From assembly GCA_016748015.1 (NCBI GenBank), contig JAAOMT010000484.1:309410-373409 (forward strand): a DNA stretch of 64,000 bases, in the 5' to 3' direction. Origin of the DNA: Geosiphon pyriformis uo1 (Eukaryota > Fungi > Glomeromycota). Below the pieces are notes generated by a model. The model searched no databases. It worked only from the letters and a program-made list of their open reading frames with translations, and was not told where the DNA came from. The translations under genes were made by a program, and so were the position numbers. This document shows, piece after piece, positions 38,708 through 51,640 of this stretch. The first letter of the stretch is position 1. Each line of letters begins with the position of its first letter.

Positions 38708-39528
38708 AAAGTGTCCCAAAATTTGAAAAGAATCGAAATTTTGTTCAGTCAAACAATCACAAAGTATCATAATTGTATGAGAATCATTTTCAGATAAAGC
38801 TAGTGAAAATTTAATATTTCGAAACAATCAGTCTCATTTATGTTTAGATGAAATTCTGGATTAAATAAAGAGTTAAAAGTTTTTAGTGAAGATTACAAAA
38901 TAAGATTGTTACATTATATTATATAATCAAATCTTATTTTTTTGCTAATATTAGAAATTTTATCAGATTAATGAGATTTATTTCAATTGGGATGGGTAAC
39001 GTCAATGTGAGCATATGCAATGTAAATCTCTTATAATTTTTAGAAGGCATAAACTCAAAATAATCTTTGAATTTATTTTACAAATGGTCAAATACAATCA
39101 GGTAAGCACCAATTTTTTTCATAGAAAAATGGGTTTGGGGTTTAAACTCTCCGTAAATATCCAAGTTTCACAATTTCTTTGCCTAATTTTATTTCTTTAT
39201 AACCATTTTCCCAACAAAGAATAATACTGGATTCAAGCTTTAAATAAACTAGGGAATTATCTTTTTATGACGATTTTACTATCAAAAACAGAGTAAGCCT
39301 CAATTTGATGACTAGGTAAGGTTTAGCCTTGAAAAACTATTATTAGCTAACGAATCATTATTTTCTTTTTTTGGATTTTAGCAGATCTGCTCTTTCAAAT
39401 AAATGATCGATCCAAAAATACCTTGAGCTAATTCTGATTATCAAGGAAACTTTTTTGGGCTATTATTTGATTGTTAATAACTATTAATATCATCCTTCAA
39501 AGATATTAAAGATGAAGGGGAAAAATGG

Positions 39529-39537
39529 TATAAAAAG
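39529..39537 (+). promoter_or_regulatory. Putative TATA box of the 478-aa gene
   Basis: TATAAAAAG 198 nt upstream of ATG 39727. Confidence 0.5.
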
Positions 39538-39726
39538 AGAGCGAGATTTACCAGTTTAAAAAAGTTCTTCATCCAATAACTCTAAAAATCAAAAAGAATT
39601 CCCTAGTTAACCATCCCAATTTTCTTCCATCTTGATAAAAAATATCTCTAGTGATTTAAAACACAACTTGCCAATAACTTTGAAAATTTCAATTACCGAG
39701 TCTATAAAATTCTTAAATTCATCGAA

Positions 39727-41163
39727 ATGCAAAAAATCTCAATCACAAGCATCTCCTTAGCCATTCTTCTTTTATCTACTCTTGTCACATCCCATCCCTT
39801 CACCCTCGAAAAGAGAAGTAACGGAAATGGTAATGGCAACGGAAATGGAAATATTGGAAATAACAATGGAAACAATAACGGAAACAATAATGTCGGCTCA
39901 AATAACGGAAATAATAATGGAAATAATAACGTAGGATCCAATAATGGAAATAATAACGGCAACAATAATGCTGGCTCAAATAACGGGAATAATAATGGCA
40001 ACAATAATATTGGTTTTGGCAATGGAAACAACAATGGCAATGAAAATGGTTTCTCATGGCTCTACCCTAATTTTCCTTATAGAGGTTATTATGGTGCCTC
40101 TAATAATGGAAATAACAATGGAAACAACAATTTCGGGTCTTATAATGGAAACAACAACGGGAATGCAAATGGATATTACCCATGGGTTCTAACTAAACGT
40201 GATGGTAATGGAAACGGAAATGGCAATGGAAATATTGGAAATAACAATGGAAATAATAACGGAAACAATAATGTCGGCTCAAATAACGGAAATAACAATG
40301 GAAATAATAACGTAGGATCCAATAATGGAAATAATAACGGCAACAATAATGCTGGCTCAAATAACGGGAATAATAATGGCAACAATAATATTGGTTTTGG
40401 CAATGGAAACAACAATGGCAATGGAAATGGTTTCTCATGGCTCTACCCTAATTTTCCTTATAGAGGCTATTATGGTGCCTCTAATAATGGAAATAACAAT
40501 GGAAACAAAAATTTCGGGTCTTTTAATGGAAACAACAACGGGAATGCAAATGGATACAACCGATGGATTAAACGTAATGGCATTGGAAAAGGAAACGGAA
40601 ATGACAATGGCAATGGAAATGTTGGAAATAACAATGGAAATGATAACGGAAACAATAATGCCGGCTTAAATAACGGAAATAACAACGGAAATAACAACCT
40701 AGGATCCAATAATGGCAATAATAATGGAAATAATAACACTGGTGCTAATAATGGTAATGATAACGGAAATAAAAATATTGGGAATGGAAACGGAAATGTA
40801 AATGGAAACAATAATGTTGGTTCAAATAACGGAAACAGCAATGGCAATTATAATATTGGGGATAAAAAGGCTGCTTGGAATGATAATAATGTCTGGCATA
40901 GTTTTGATGGTAACAAAAATGGTGATTATTTATTTGGCAATTATTTTGGGAACTGGGCTTCAAGCTCATTCAACGGAAACCTTAATGGAAACAATAACAT
41001 TGGCTTTGGAAATGGTAACAATAATGGCAACGCCAACAATGGTTTCTTTAATGGAAATGGCAATGGAAACAATAACATTGGCTCATTAAACGGCAATAAC
41101 AATGGAAATAATAATTTTAGAGATTTTTTCGTCCCTGATGTTCCATCACCCTGGTCATATTAA
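39727..41163 (+). CDS. Secreted 478-aa Asn/Gly 13-mer repeat polyprotein with three Kex2-type KR sites
   Basis: Signal peptide (ISLAILLLSTLVTS|HP) and LEKR, LTKR, WIKR separating three repeat modules. Modules 1 and 2 are a near-identical 381-bp duplication. Confidence 0.93.
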   Translation: MQKISITSISLAILLLSTLVTSHPFTLEKRSNGNGNGNGNGNIGNNNGNNNGNNNVGSNNGNNNGNNNVGSNNGNNNGNNNAGSNNGNNNGNNNIGFGNGNNNGNENGFSWLYPNFPYRGYYGASNNGNNNGNNNFGSYNGNNNGNANGYYPWVLTKRDGNGNGNGNGNIGNNNGNNNGNNNVGSNNGNNNGNNNVGSNNGNNNGNNNAGSNNGNNNGNNNIGFGNGNNNGNGNGFSWLYPNFPYRGYYGASNNGNNNGNKNFGSFNGNNNGNANGYNRWIKRNGIGKGNGNDNGNGNVGNNNGNDNGNNNAGLNNGNNNGNNNLGSNNGNNNGNNNTGANNGNDNGNKNIGNGNGNVNGNNNVGSNNGNSNGNYNIGDKKAAWNDNNVWHSFDGNKNGDYLFGNYFGNWASSSFNGNLNGNNNIGFGNGNNNGNANNGFFNGNGNGNNNIGSLNGNNNGNNNFRDFFVPDVPSPWSY

Positions 41164-44100
41164 ATGACGCTAGGGAAATTTCTTATTTAGAAAACCAAGT
41201 TGTAAATTTAAAAATGAACTCTCTAGATTAGGCTGTGTAATTGATTAAAATTTTTATAATATTCTGAAAAAAAAATGTATTTTTGTGTTTATTTTTTATA
41301 TGTTTAAATTTCAATAAAGTTCGATTCAGATATAATCTTATCAAGATATTATTAATGGAATTTGGTAATATTTTATATGGATAAAACTAAATCAAAGTTA
41401 ATTATGGAAAAATTGTCAGTATTAGCGTAAAAATTTGGAATTTTAAAATTGGGTCATCTGCTAAAATACATTGATTGTATAAGGTCACAGGCAAAGGTAA
41501 TTTTGCGAACCAGCTAGACCAATTACAACTAATTGAAAGCAATTGAATAAGGAGAATGATTTATAAAGTAATTTTTGTGTACAAAAAACAAATTTGGCGA
41601 TCTAAATTTCAAAAGCGTAAAACAATCATATAGAAAAATAGTGCACACAGCAAGAATAGCTACTTTTTTCCATGCATGAAATAATTGGAATGATATTGCT
41701 TGTTATTCTATCCTTAAAAGAAATGGTAAGTTAAAAATCGAGGCATCTCACTAAACAGTTCCATTTTCTATGTAATAATGATTTGTTTAAAAGTCTCTCA
41801 TAGAGGTTTATTATAAATAACGTGACCTCCACAAACTCTAACTTATACTCATCATTTAAAGAGCTGAATTTATTTTATTTTATTAGTAAGCGAGAAACTA
41901 AGAGAATGTTTTTCAATTAAACCTTATGGAGCAAAGTTCAATCGAGGAACTAGATTGTGGTTAATTTATTACTTTTCCAGAATATGAAAAAGGAAGACCT
42001 GTTACTATATTTTTAACAAAGATAACTCATTATAGAAAATTTTAGTTGAGCGTGGGCGAAAAACTCACTCAACCTATCAAAGCACTAAAATACATGGATA
42101 TAAGGGTTGTTTTTTTTAGGGTTCACGGCTGAATAATATATATTTCTAAGGTAAAAGGTCTGCAAAGAAAATCTCGATCATTAGTTTTGGTGTATCGTCC
42201 ATTATCCACAATCAGCGTTGGGTATATTGGGAACTATCACCAAAAAAAGCTTTAATCGCAATTGGCATTTGCTTATTTCAATTCAAAATGAAAATTGATC
42301 TTCTGATTTTCGTCTCGACATTTTTAGAACATATAAGTGAACGCGATATTCAAACGTAATGAAATGATTGGTGAATAATTGAAATAGGCAATGAACTTTG
42401 GGATTATTAAAAAAAATTCTTACTATAATTGGCGGATAATCAAAGTTTTTGATAATCATACTTACCATCATTTATTATATTAATTTTTGACTTGAAATAT
42501 CCATAAAAATTATTTACTTTAATAAACTGTTTATTAAATAGTTGTAAAAAATCAATTAAGCCAACATTCTTCAACCATTTATTTTTATAATTATAATTAT
42601 AATATAATAAAACAACTTAATATCTTAAATATTAAAAGAAAGATTTCACCTATTGAACACATTATAAATTCCTTACAAACTCAAGAATAATTATCTGGTT
42701 TCAAAAAAATGTGGAGAAAAAAACAGTGGTTTTTTTTTTTTTTAAAAAAAATAATTTATCACAATTTCAAATCTTTTATTAAATATAATCTAGATAATAT
42801 TATAATTGTGATCAAACAGCTCTTTATTGGAAGTTAAAAATTCTTTCAAAATATTCTATTTCTAGTACAAGAAACGAAAAACAGATTTACAATTTTTTGT
42901 TTTTGTAATATTAAAAGAATTTTAAAAATTATTTCTTTTTATTCATAAATTTAAAAATCCAAAATTTTATGAAAAAAGTTGATAAAACTATATTTTTACA
43001 TTATTATACAAGTAATATTGCATAAATGCAATATTAAAATGCAAAATTTTAAAAAAAAAAACTTTTTTTGTTACTTTTGGATAATACTAGATTTTATAGA
43101 CTTGAAAAATAAATTTCTTTTATTAATATTAAACTTTATTATCTTCTTACAAATACAATAACTTATTTTTAACCATCTGATGTTGAGAACATAATAAAAG
43201 AACATAAATTTTTTGGTTTAGATATTATACTTACATATATTGAACAGGAGAAAAAAAATTATCTAATCTTAATAATAGTATATGAATTTTTAAAAAGAGA
43301 TAAATGAATTAGTTTCAAATAGTTTTATTTTTTCATTTTATATTTTTTTATCGAGTTTAATTAATATTAATATTATTCTTTAATTATTTTAATAATTTTC
43401 TTTTATAAAAGTTTTTTTTTAAAATAAGAATTAGGATGAAAATTTCTATTATAATACACATTCAATAACAACAATAATATAATTTCTGATAGCGACAATA
43501 TTAATGATCCGAAGATCACTCCTTTTTAATCGTTACATTGATTATTACGTGATTTAAAAACTGTACACTAAAGTAGAGTTAATCCGAAGCACCATAAAAC
43601 GTCCGATTAACGAGAGAGTGACCATTTAATATGGTATCTGTTCATAAAACTGAAATTTAGAAAGCTTTTCTAGAAATTTATTAAAATGTTCCGACATGGT
43701 TATTTCAATCACAAATTTTCATTCCATTACTGATGGAAAAGCGAGAACTAAATTAATATTGAAAAGCAAGAATCAAATAAAGATTTTAAGAATTTAAAAA
43801 CTGAGTTTGAGTACTATGATTTAGAAATGGCAAAAATGAAGCGTAAAATATTTTAATATCATTTGATATTTTATTAAGCTTGTTTTTGAAATGAATAAAT
43901 AGGGATTGACAAGGAGTGCTAAAAAAAAAAATGTTCATGATCTTTCTTACTAGTATTCTACAGGTTTTTTTATTGAGATTTTATAGAAAACCCTCCGGAA
44001 TCCTATTATTCCTTTCCCAAAAAATATTGTAATACAGAACTAAGCATTGGGATCTCATCCTTAAACTTTTTACCTTTTGTTGCACTCAATTTTTATGCCG

Positions 44101-44970
44101 ATATCTTGTTAAAATTTTAAAATTTCTTTTTGTTTAACCAACAAAATGTGTTGTCAGAAGAAAAAACATGCTTTATATTCCTTTTCTGGAAGCTATTAGT
44201 CTAAGGGTTAACGTATGCATTAATTTAATGTACGAAGATCTAGCATACGACTGAGACATTAAGTTTCAAACCTTCCAAAATTATTCTTCAAGATAAAATT
44301 TCTTTAATTGAATTATTCTTTAAAAAAAATTGGGGCGTCTTTCTGTTAGCCCACGCTATTGATACTGTATTCAAAGATCCTTAAATCGGATATTGATTTG
44401 GTTTATCATTCTTCAAGCAATGCAACTGAAACTCATTGTTTCCTAATTTCATACCTCAATACTTGAATTAAATAAATCTATCAAATTTTTACATTGTACA
44501 ACAATTTCAAGTATTTCATGTGTTCACAATTGTTCCTTTTTTATCCCTCATTAGGCCACAAAATCAAGCAAATGAGATTTCACACATTATTATTCCTCCA
44601 CCCAGAATTTTTGAGTTCGTGATTAGGCGTGCATATAGATGATGATCTTTACCAAAATTAGGTTCGAAAAGCGAAATCCTGTATTGTTCGAGAAAGCCGA
44701 TATAATTATCATAAACGAAGAGGGTTTATGTAGTCAGGGTCTTATGATACGAGTAAAAAGTTTAGGGGAAAAGGGGCTTAAATTAATTTTGTGGTGTTGT
44801 TTTAATTCTGCTTATTTATATAAGTTACTTCTTGATTTTATGGATGCCTTCTGACAAAAATAAATCTTTAAATTAATAGAGTTCATTCGATCAAGCATAC
44901 AGCCTTTTAATTCAAAATACTCATCATTATAACCAAAATTATTATTAATCATTCTATTAGCCTCAAAAGG

Positions 44971-45080
44971 ATGGGAAAATCTCACTCAAAACACAACCGT
45001 ACATCCCGTGGGGAAAAAAGACGAAGGGCTTTTCAATTTTTATTACGAAATACAGCAATAATACCATATAATTTATCTCA

Positions 45081-45113
<33 letters not shown>

Positions 45114-46299
45114 GTCGTCGTCGACTAAGATCACAAAGGATAATTTTTCAAGGCTAAAGATTTCAGGAGATCGCCATCAAAAATATATGTTCCCCGTTAG
45201 CGAGAATGAAGTGAGCTTAATGCAAATGAGACATTATTTATATCAAGAGATTTGGGAAACAAATTTTTCAGCACCTGTTGAGGAGTTAATGCGGAATCAG
45301 AATGCTCGGGTGCTTGATATTGGGTTTGTAAAATTATTAAATTATTATTATTATTTATCAAATTTTTTTTTAAATGTTGAAATAACTTTTTCATTTTAAA
45401 ATTTCCTGAAATACTTAAATCTAGATGTGGACCGGGAACATGGATATTAGAAAATGCTGTTGAATATGAAAATGCTACATTCACCGGGATAGATGTAGCA
45501 TCGGTGTACCCACAAGATATAAAACCCCCAAATACTGAATTTTGCAGGGTAAATATCCTCGATGGTCTACCATTTCCAGGTAAAAAAATTTTTTTTTTTG
45601 GGTAAAATTCTTGGACTCGCTTTATGATTTTAAACAAAAAGTTTCTTTTAAATAAATCAAACTTTGAACTTTTATTATAGATAACACTTTTGACTTTGTA
45701 CATTGTCGGGACATGATGTTTGTTTTCACAATGAGAGACTGGGAAGAACAAGTTATCCCGGAATTAATACGAGTTACAAAATCAGGAGGTTGGTTAGAAA
45801 TTATGGAAGGTGATATAATGTGGTACAATGAGGGGATCATTACAACCACTATTCGAAATCAAAGTTTGTATCTATTGTCATAAAGTTTTCTTCATTTTAA
45901 TCAAGAGATTGAAAAAGTATCTTATTAAACAAACATTCTTTTTATAAAGTCGTCGACTCAATACGTCAACAGTGCAATATCGAGCCAATAATAAGCCCAC
46001 ACATTTCTCAAATGATGAGTACAACAGGACAACTTTCTACTGTACAACAGAACGAAAGGTTGGCTCCCTTAGGAAAATGGGGCGGTGATATTGGAAAAGC
46101 AAACCTAGAGGTGGTCAAATGGGGTGCTGAGATTTTAGCAGAATTTATATCAAGAAATATGGGTTTCACCGAACACGAATATAAAGAGCTGTTAAATAAG
46201 GGATTCAATGAAATTGACAATGGAAAAGTTTTTTCGAAAACGCATCGTTTTTGGGCCAAAAAAATTTATTTCGAGCAGGATCTTTTTAAGGGATTTTAA
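44971..46299 (+). CDS. Class I SAM-dependent methyltransferase (fungal LaeA-like/Methyltransf_23-25 type), 4 exons
   Basis: Exons 44971-45323, 45425-45579, 45681-45863 and 45950-46299 join in frame. Motifs VLDIGCGPGTW, FTGID, LPFPDNTFDFVH, ELIRVTKSGGWLEIME, PLGKWGG. Confidence 0.93.
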
Positions 46300-48599
46300 G
46301 GAGATAGTCTAAAAGGTAAATAAAATGTTATAATTTAATTTGAGATCCTGATGCTGTGAATATTTGAATTTTAGAATACAATTTTTTTTTTAGTAAAACA
46401 TCACAAGTATAAAATATAATCTTTCACGTTGTATATATAATTTCACGATAAAATAATAAGATTGAAGAACGTTTTAATTGAACTTTTAAAAAAAGGTTTG
46501 CTTTGGATATATTGATGCAATATGTATTTCTAATCGATAAGCTAGCTTATCGATTTCAAACATCTACATATGTAACCTTTTCACGTAAAAGTGGTTTTTG
46601 TTTTTTTGATTAATTAAAATATTAGAGGAATATGAAATTTTCGTTTTCATATAATAAGTTAAAAAAAAATCCTCTAACACATTTTTCTCATGCTCAATAT
46701 TTTCATTACTTTGAAAATTTTTAAACAAAGTTTGCTAAAAGAAAAAATCACTACATCAACTATTTAATACCATTTATGATATTGTCCAAAAAATAAATTG
46801 AGGATAAAGTTCTTTTTGAAGTTTAATATTTATTTTTATGTGACGAGCCAAACAGTCCAAAGATATTTTAAGATAAGATAACAAAATTAAAAACAAGAGA
46901 ATTAGAGAATCTTGGTGATCTAAACCTTAAAGCAATCTATTAATAAATAAATTAAAGACCAAGAGTGAATGCCTAAAATTTCTATAGTTACAGAAATGTC
47001 ATTTCTCTCCCAAACAATTCAAATGATTTTTGTTTGGCATCCGATTTAAGCCTTTGAAAATTTATATATATTTTTTTTTGAAACTCATTGTTTTATTAGA
47101 AGTTAGCATAAGCATTGACAACGAAAATATTTAAAAAGACCAAATTTTCATTTTATTCAAGGTAATAATTTAAAAAAAGGAATAGTTTTCAAAAACATTA
47201 GAATTATTTTATCTCAGAGTTGGTTGGCATCCTTGCCTGTGAAAAATTAACGAGAATATTTGATTTTCTGCTAATTTTAATTTATTAATTTATTTTTGAC
47301 TTTTAAAATTTTTTTTTTTTTAACTTGAAATTAAAATTTCAGCTTTTATAAAAAGAAATAAGTCAATTGAATTTGGGAATTTTGATAATAAAAATCATTG
47401 CTCTCCTATTTTTCTTTATCATAATATTTTTCTAGATCATATTTTTGTATATCAAATTATTTAACGCTATTGCCTATTTAAGAAACACAGACGCTAATTA
47501 AGAATAAAATATTTTAATCAATCATATGATCAGTTTTTTTTGAAATTTTTACTATATGAAAAAAATCTTTCAAGTAAAAAGATCGTCCAAGTGGAAAGAT
47601 TGTTCGTTTGGGAATTTTCCATTCCCAGAAATCATGATGGTGAGTTTATTGAATTTCTTTTATTTATATTTTCGTAATCTGCAACATAAGGTTTTAATGA
47701 TCGTCATAAATCGTGATTCAACAAACTCGTCCTGTTCTGGGTACGTTTCCTTTCGTGGACAATTTTCTCGTTGATTGATGAGGTAAGATACTGGTCGACT
47801 TGAAATTTTTCTGTAATTTTTATTGAATTCCATTTTTCAATGTATTTTGATTAATTAATATTTTTTGCTCTTTTGTTCGTTTTTTAGATATGGTATTTAT
47901 ACTTTTCTTTCAATTATTGATCACAAGATGGAGAGTATCCATCTAGAATATGTACCGCCAAAATAAATATTCCGTCATTGTAGAACAACTCAAATTATGA
48001 AAGGAAGGTTTTACATATCATTTATAACTTGCATAATAATATTTATTTATAATGAAGAAAGTGCTATTGAGATACCTAAAATAAATATTCCATCATCTGT
48101 TTTTTTTATTGTCAAAATTGCTATTCTTGGATTTTGTAAGCATGAAGATTATTGGCCTTCCATATTGGTGACCCAAGATTTCCAAAAAATAAATCGAGAT
48201 TACTATAAAACCTTAATTCATTTAACTTTTTACCCAATGAAAAATATTGGTTTTTGGCGCCTAATAGTCCTGGCAGAAAATTAATGACGCAAAATGTTTT
48301 TCGCGAAATTTATGCCGTGCTATTTTTGCTTACTTATGATGTAGTACAATCACTTATTTATTTCCAATCTTTTAATTTATCCATTTTTTCACATTCCCAA
48401 CTCTGTAAATACTTTTGTGGTAACAGCAATTGAAATTACCAAAATTGACTGCTTTCCTGTTAACATTACGTTGCTATAGTTTACAAAAATGGCTGAATTC
48501 TGTATATTCATCGTCCTGGTTGCCCAACCGAAATTAAGTTGTGGCCAGATTGGTAAAATCGTTCACACAAAATTATTTGGTTATAGCAGCCGAAGTCAA

Positions 48600-48950
48600 A
48601 CCAGAAACACTTTTTTGTCATGGTCTCATGGGCAACTTATAGCACCAATGATGGATTATCTCTTAAAGCTGTATTTTTGAGCGGCGACGACAAGATTGGT
48701 TTCTACAAATTCAGAAAGAATTTAAATAGTCGTATCTATAATGAAACATTAAATAACCACCTTCATGACAATAAAGCAAGAAAGCATGGGCATCAATGGG
48801 TATTACAGCAGGATAATGATCAAAGCACACTTCTAATAAATATGTAATGATCTTCAAAGCAGGACTTCTACGTCATGTGTTGCCATGGACACATATAGCC
48901 CAGACCTCAACCGCATTAAAGTTGTTTGAGCTGTTTTTAATGCATAATGT
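48600..48950 (+). pseudogene. Tc1-family (DDE_3) transposase fragment
   Basis: MVSWA..., LNSRIYNETL, WVLQQDN and, after a frameshift, SPDLNRI. No TIRs located. Confidence 0.7.
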
Positions 48951-49696
48951 AAAGAAAAAAGTAAATATTAAAAATGATCGTTTTAAATAAAAATTAATAA
49001 TATTGGTTAATTTATGAATTCAATAAGTTAATTATAGATTATAAATTTTATTTTTATGTCTCTACAAAAGATTTTGTTGTTCATTAGATGATGATTATCA
49101 TCATAAACTAGTTTAATATTTTTATGGTAACTATAATATAATAATATTATTCAAATTTTACACTCAAAGAATTATTAAACATGAATAATAATGGATTGAT
49201 TCCAAGATTTTTTGAGTTATGTTTACATGATCACATTTTTGTTTTTGCTAGCATTTAATCCATAAGGTATATAGATATTCATAATTTCAAATAATTATTT
49301 CCACAAAAAATATGTAAGCAAAACTTGTGGGTTTTACAGCTATATCCACCATAATCTGAGTTAATCTAAAAGTGTTTCACTTTTTACAATGCAAAACAGA
49401 GCTCAATAGGAATATTAATGATGCATGTAACATTCTTTTTTGTTATCTTACTAAAAACAGGTTTGGTTAAACCAACGCAGTAGTTTACTTCCTTATAAAA
49501 CTTTTATATTATCTAAATTGAATTTACATGATAATTTAAAGTTTAATTAAGAATTTTTATATTTTAATATTGGGGTTATGTATAATAGTAAAGCACCTAT
49601 TTTTGAAGCATAAAAAAATGTAAAGTTTTTCTGCAAATTAACTTTTAATAATGCAAAATGCACATATCAAGATTTCTAATCAAATTTACTCCATTG

Positions 49697-50200
49697 AACA
49701 TTGCAGATTTTGGTCACACCTAATTCAAGTTAGTAAAGTGGAAAATTCTCAATTCACTTTTTTTCTATCCAACTCCTGAAGATTATCATAAGTAATTCTT
49801 TACTTTTTGAGGCGTAAAGCTTTTATGTTGTACATTAGATTATTTACCCCCTGAAATGGTCGATGGGGAGATTATGATGCTAAAAGTTGATTTATGATCA
49901 CTTGATGTTTTATGCTATGAGTTCTTATTCGGTGTTTTCCCTTTCGAAGATATGGCTGGATTAGCGGAAACGTACAAATGTATTGCAAATGTTGATCTCA
50001 AAATACCAGATCATATTTCACCAGAAGCTCAAGATATAATTGTATAGGTGAGTTGAGAATAAATCCAAAGAGTTTAAAAATGCTTTTTCTTTTAAAATTC
50101 TATAATATAATCAATTGCTACATTATTTATTGTAACATGACCTTAACAAACGCTTTTCTCTTGCCAAAATTGCCATTCATCCATGGATTATCAAGTACGA
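49697..50200 (+). pseudogene. Aurora/Ipl1-type kinase C-lobe fragment, unprocessed pseudogene
   Basis: IADFG, TLDYLPPEMVDG, KVDL*SLDVLCYEFLFGVFPFE, ETYKCIANVDLKIPDHISPEAQDII, HPWII. Has a stop and frameshift; intron-like spacers retained (GTGAG donor near 50048). Confidence 0.85.
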
Positions 50201-51429
50201 AAGGACAAGGTTGTCCAATGGACACAATTTACTTCCAAGGGAACCTTAGCGAATATAAGTTTCTATGGTATTCCGCAATCAATAGACTTTCATTGGATAT
50301 AACGTAAAAGTTCAATATTATCACTTTTTATTTCACAAAAACTGATGTTTTGAGGCTTTGTTATTTCATTCTAGCTCATTTGAAAAATTGAGTCAATTCG
50401 CTATAAAGGAATTCGGGTTATTAAGCTATCAAAGTCGACGTTTTGTTTTGAAAAGTTAAATACTTTTCTGATTTATTTCTAATCAAAAAAATTTAGATTA
50501 AATTTGCATTATTAATTGTTAAAATATTCTATATTGAGTTTCTAGAAAGACAATATCATAAACTTTGAAATTGATTACTAATGTTCAGTCGAACCAACTT
50601 TTTAGATTTTCTAAAAATACTTGATTTTGATTGTGTACTTGACGTTTTCCTAAAATATGCATATTAATAACCTTAAGCACTTTGTAAGAGGACATTTCTA
50701 CCACCCCCCCCCCCCCCCATGTTTGGCTAGGACTCAAATGGAGTACTTAGGGTAAAGCAATCGTATATTTTAACCTCATGAGTTTTGCTCCAACCAAATG
50801 GGATGAAAGTACTACTTTTGGAGTCCTTGACTTTGTTAGCCTATTGGTACCCTTAGTACTCCTGTTATTGGGGCATTGATTGATTGGGCGGGTGTAGCAG
50901 GCCTTCCCATACTTGGATCTCAGTATTACCAATGGAGCTGTCAGAAACTCGTGGGCCTGCGGGCAGTTGGTATGGTTATTGTCATGAACAAATTAACCTC
51001 CAAAATATAGTGACAAGAGCTAAACAATCATTGAAAGTTAGAAGAAATAAAATAAAATAATTTTCCAAACTGCCATCCCATAAAGACTTACCAGTATAAC
51101 CAAAATAATAGAAAATTTAACCTACGTGTGGTCAATTGAAGCGTAAAACCAAAACAAAACAACATTTGACATAGGAAAAACAGTTGGTGGCACAAATAAA
51201 AGAACAAGACATTCATTTGAATGACGTAGAAATTTTCTTTTGTAAGACATCAGATGACAGTGAAAATATTTTTGATCAACAGTCTTACAAAAGAAAATTT
51301 ATACGTGTGTCTTGTTTTGGCCTTGCTCATTCTGCTGTGCCAGCAACTGTTTTTTTCCTTATTATTTTGGTTATACTGGTAAGTCTTATGGAATGGCAGT
51401 TTGGAAAATTATTTTATTTTATTTCTTCT

Positions 51430-51640
51430 AACTTTCAATGATTTTTTACCTCTTGTTACTTATCTGAAGGAGCATACAGACTGGTCTTATACCGATTTCT
51501 TGAGGCTCCATTGTGATATCATCATTAATTCGCCGTCATTTTTCGATGACTGGACACTACTTAACAGTACTTGGTTCTGCTGCTTTAACTGAGTAGTAAA
51601 AGAGATTAGCCCAAACTGTTATGAAAAGAAGGTATAGTTA
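51430..51640 (+). pseudogene. Short coding-like fragment (YLKEHTDWSYTDFL...LNSTW) of an uncharacterised repetitive family
   Basis: Protein-like stretch ending in a stop and followed by a GT donor; no continuation found. Confidence 0.3.

Noticed and set aside
39702-41089. Overlapping ORFs on both strands (Pro/Leu/Phe-, Cys/His/Tyr- and Met/Glu/Ile/Thr-rich)
   Set aside because: Shadows of the 478-aa repeat gene.
50720-51000. GC-rich patch after a poly-C run as a possible ncRNA or TE end
   Set aside because: No tRNA, rRNA or snRNA signature and no terminal repeat recognised.
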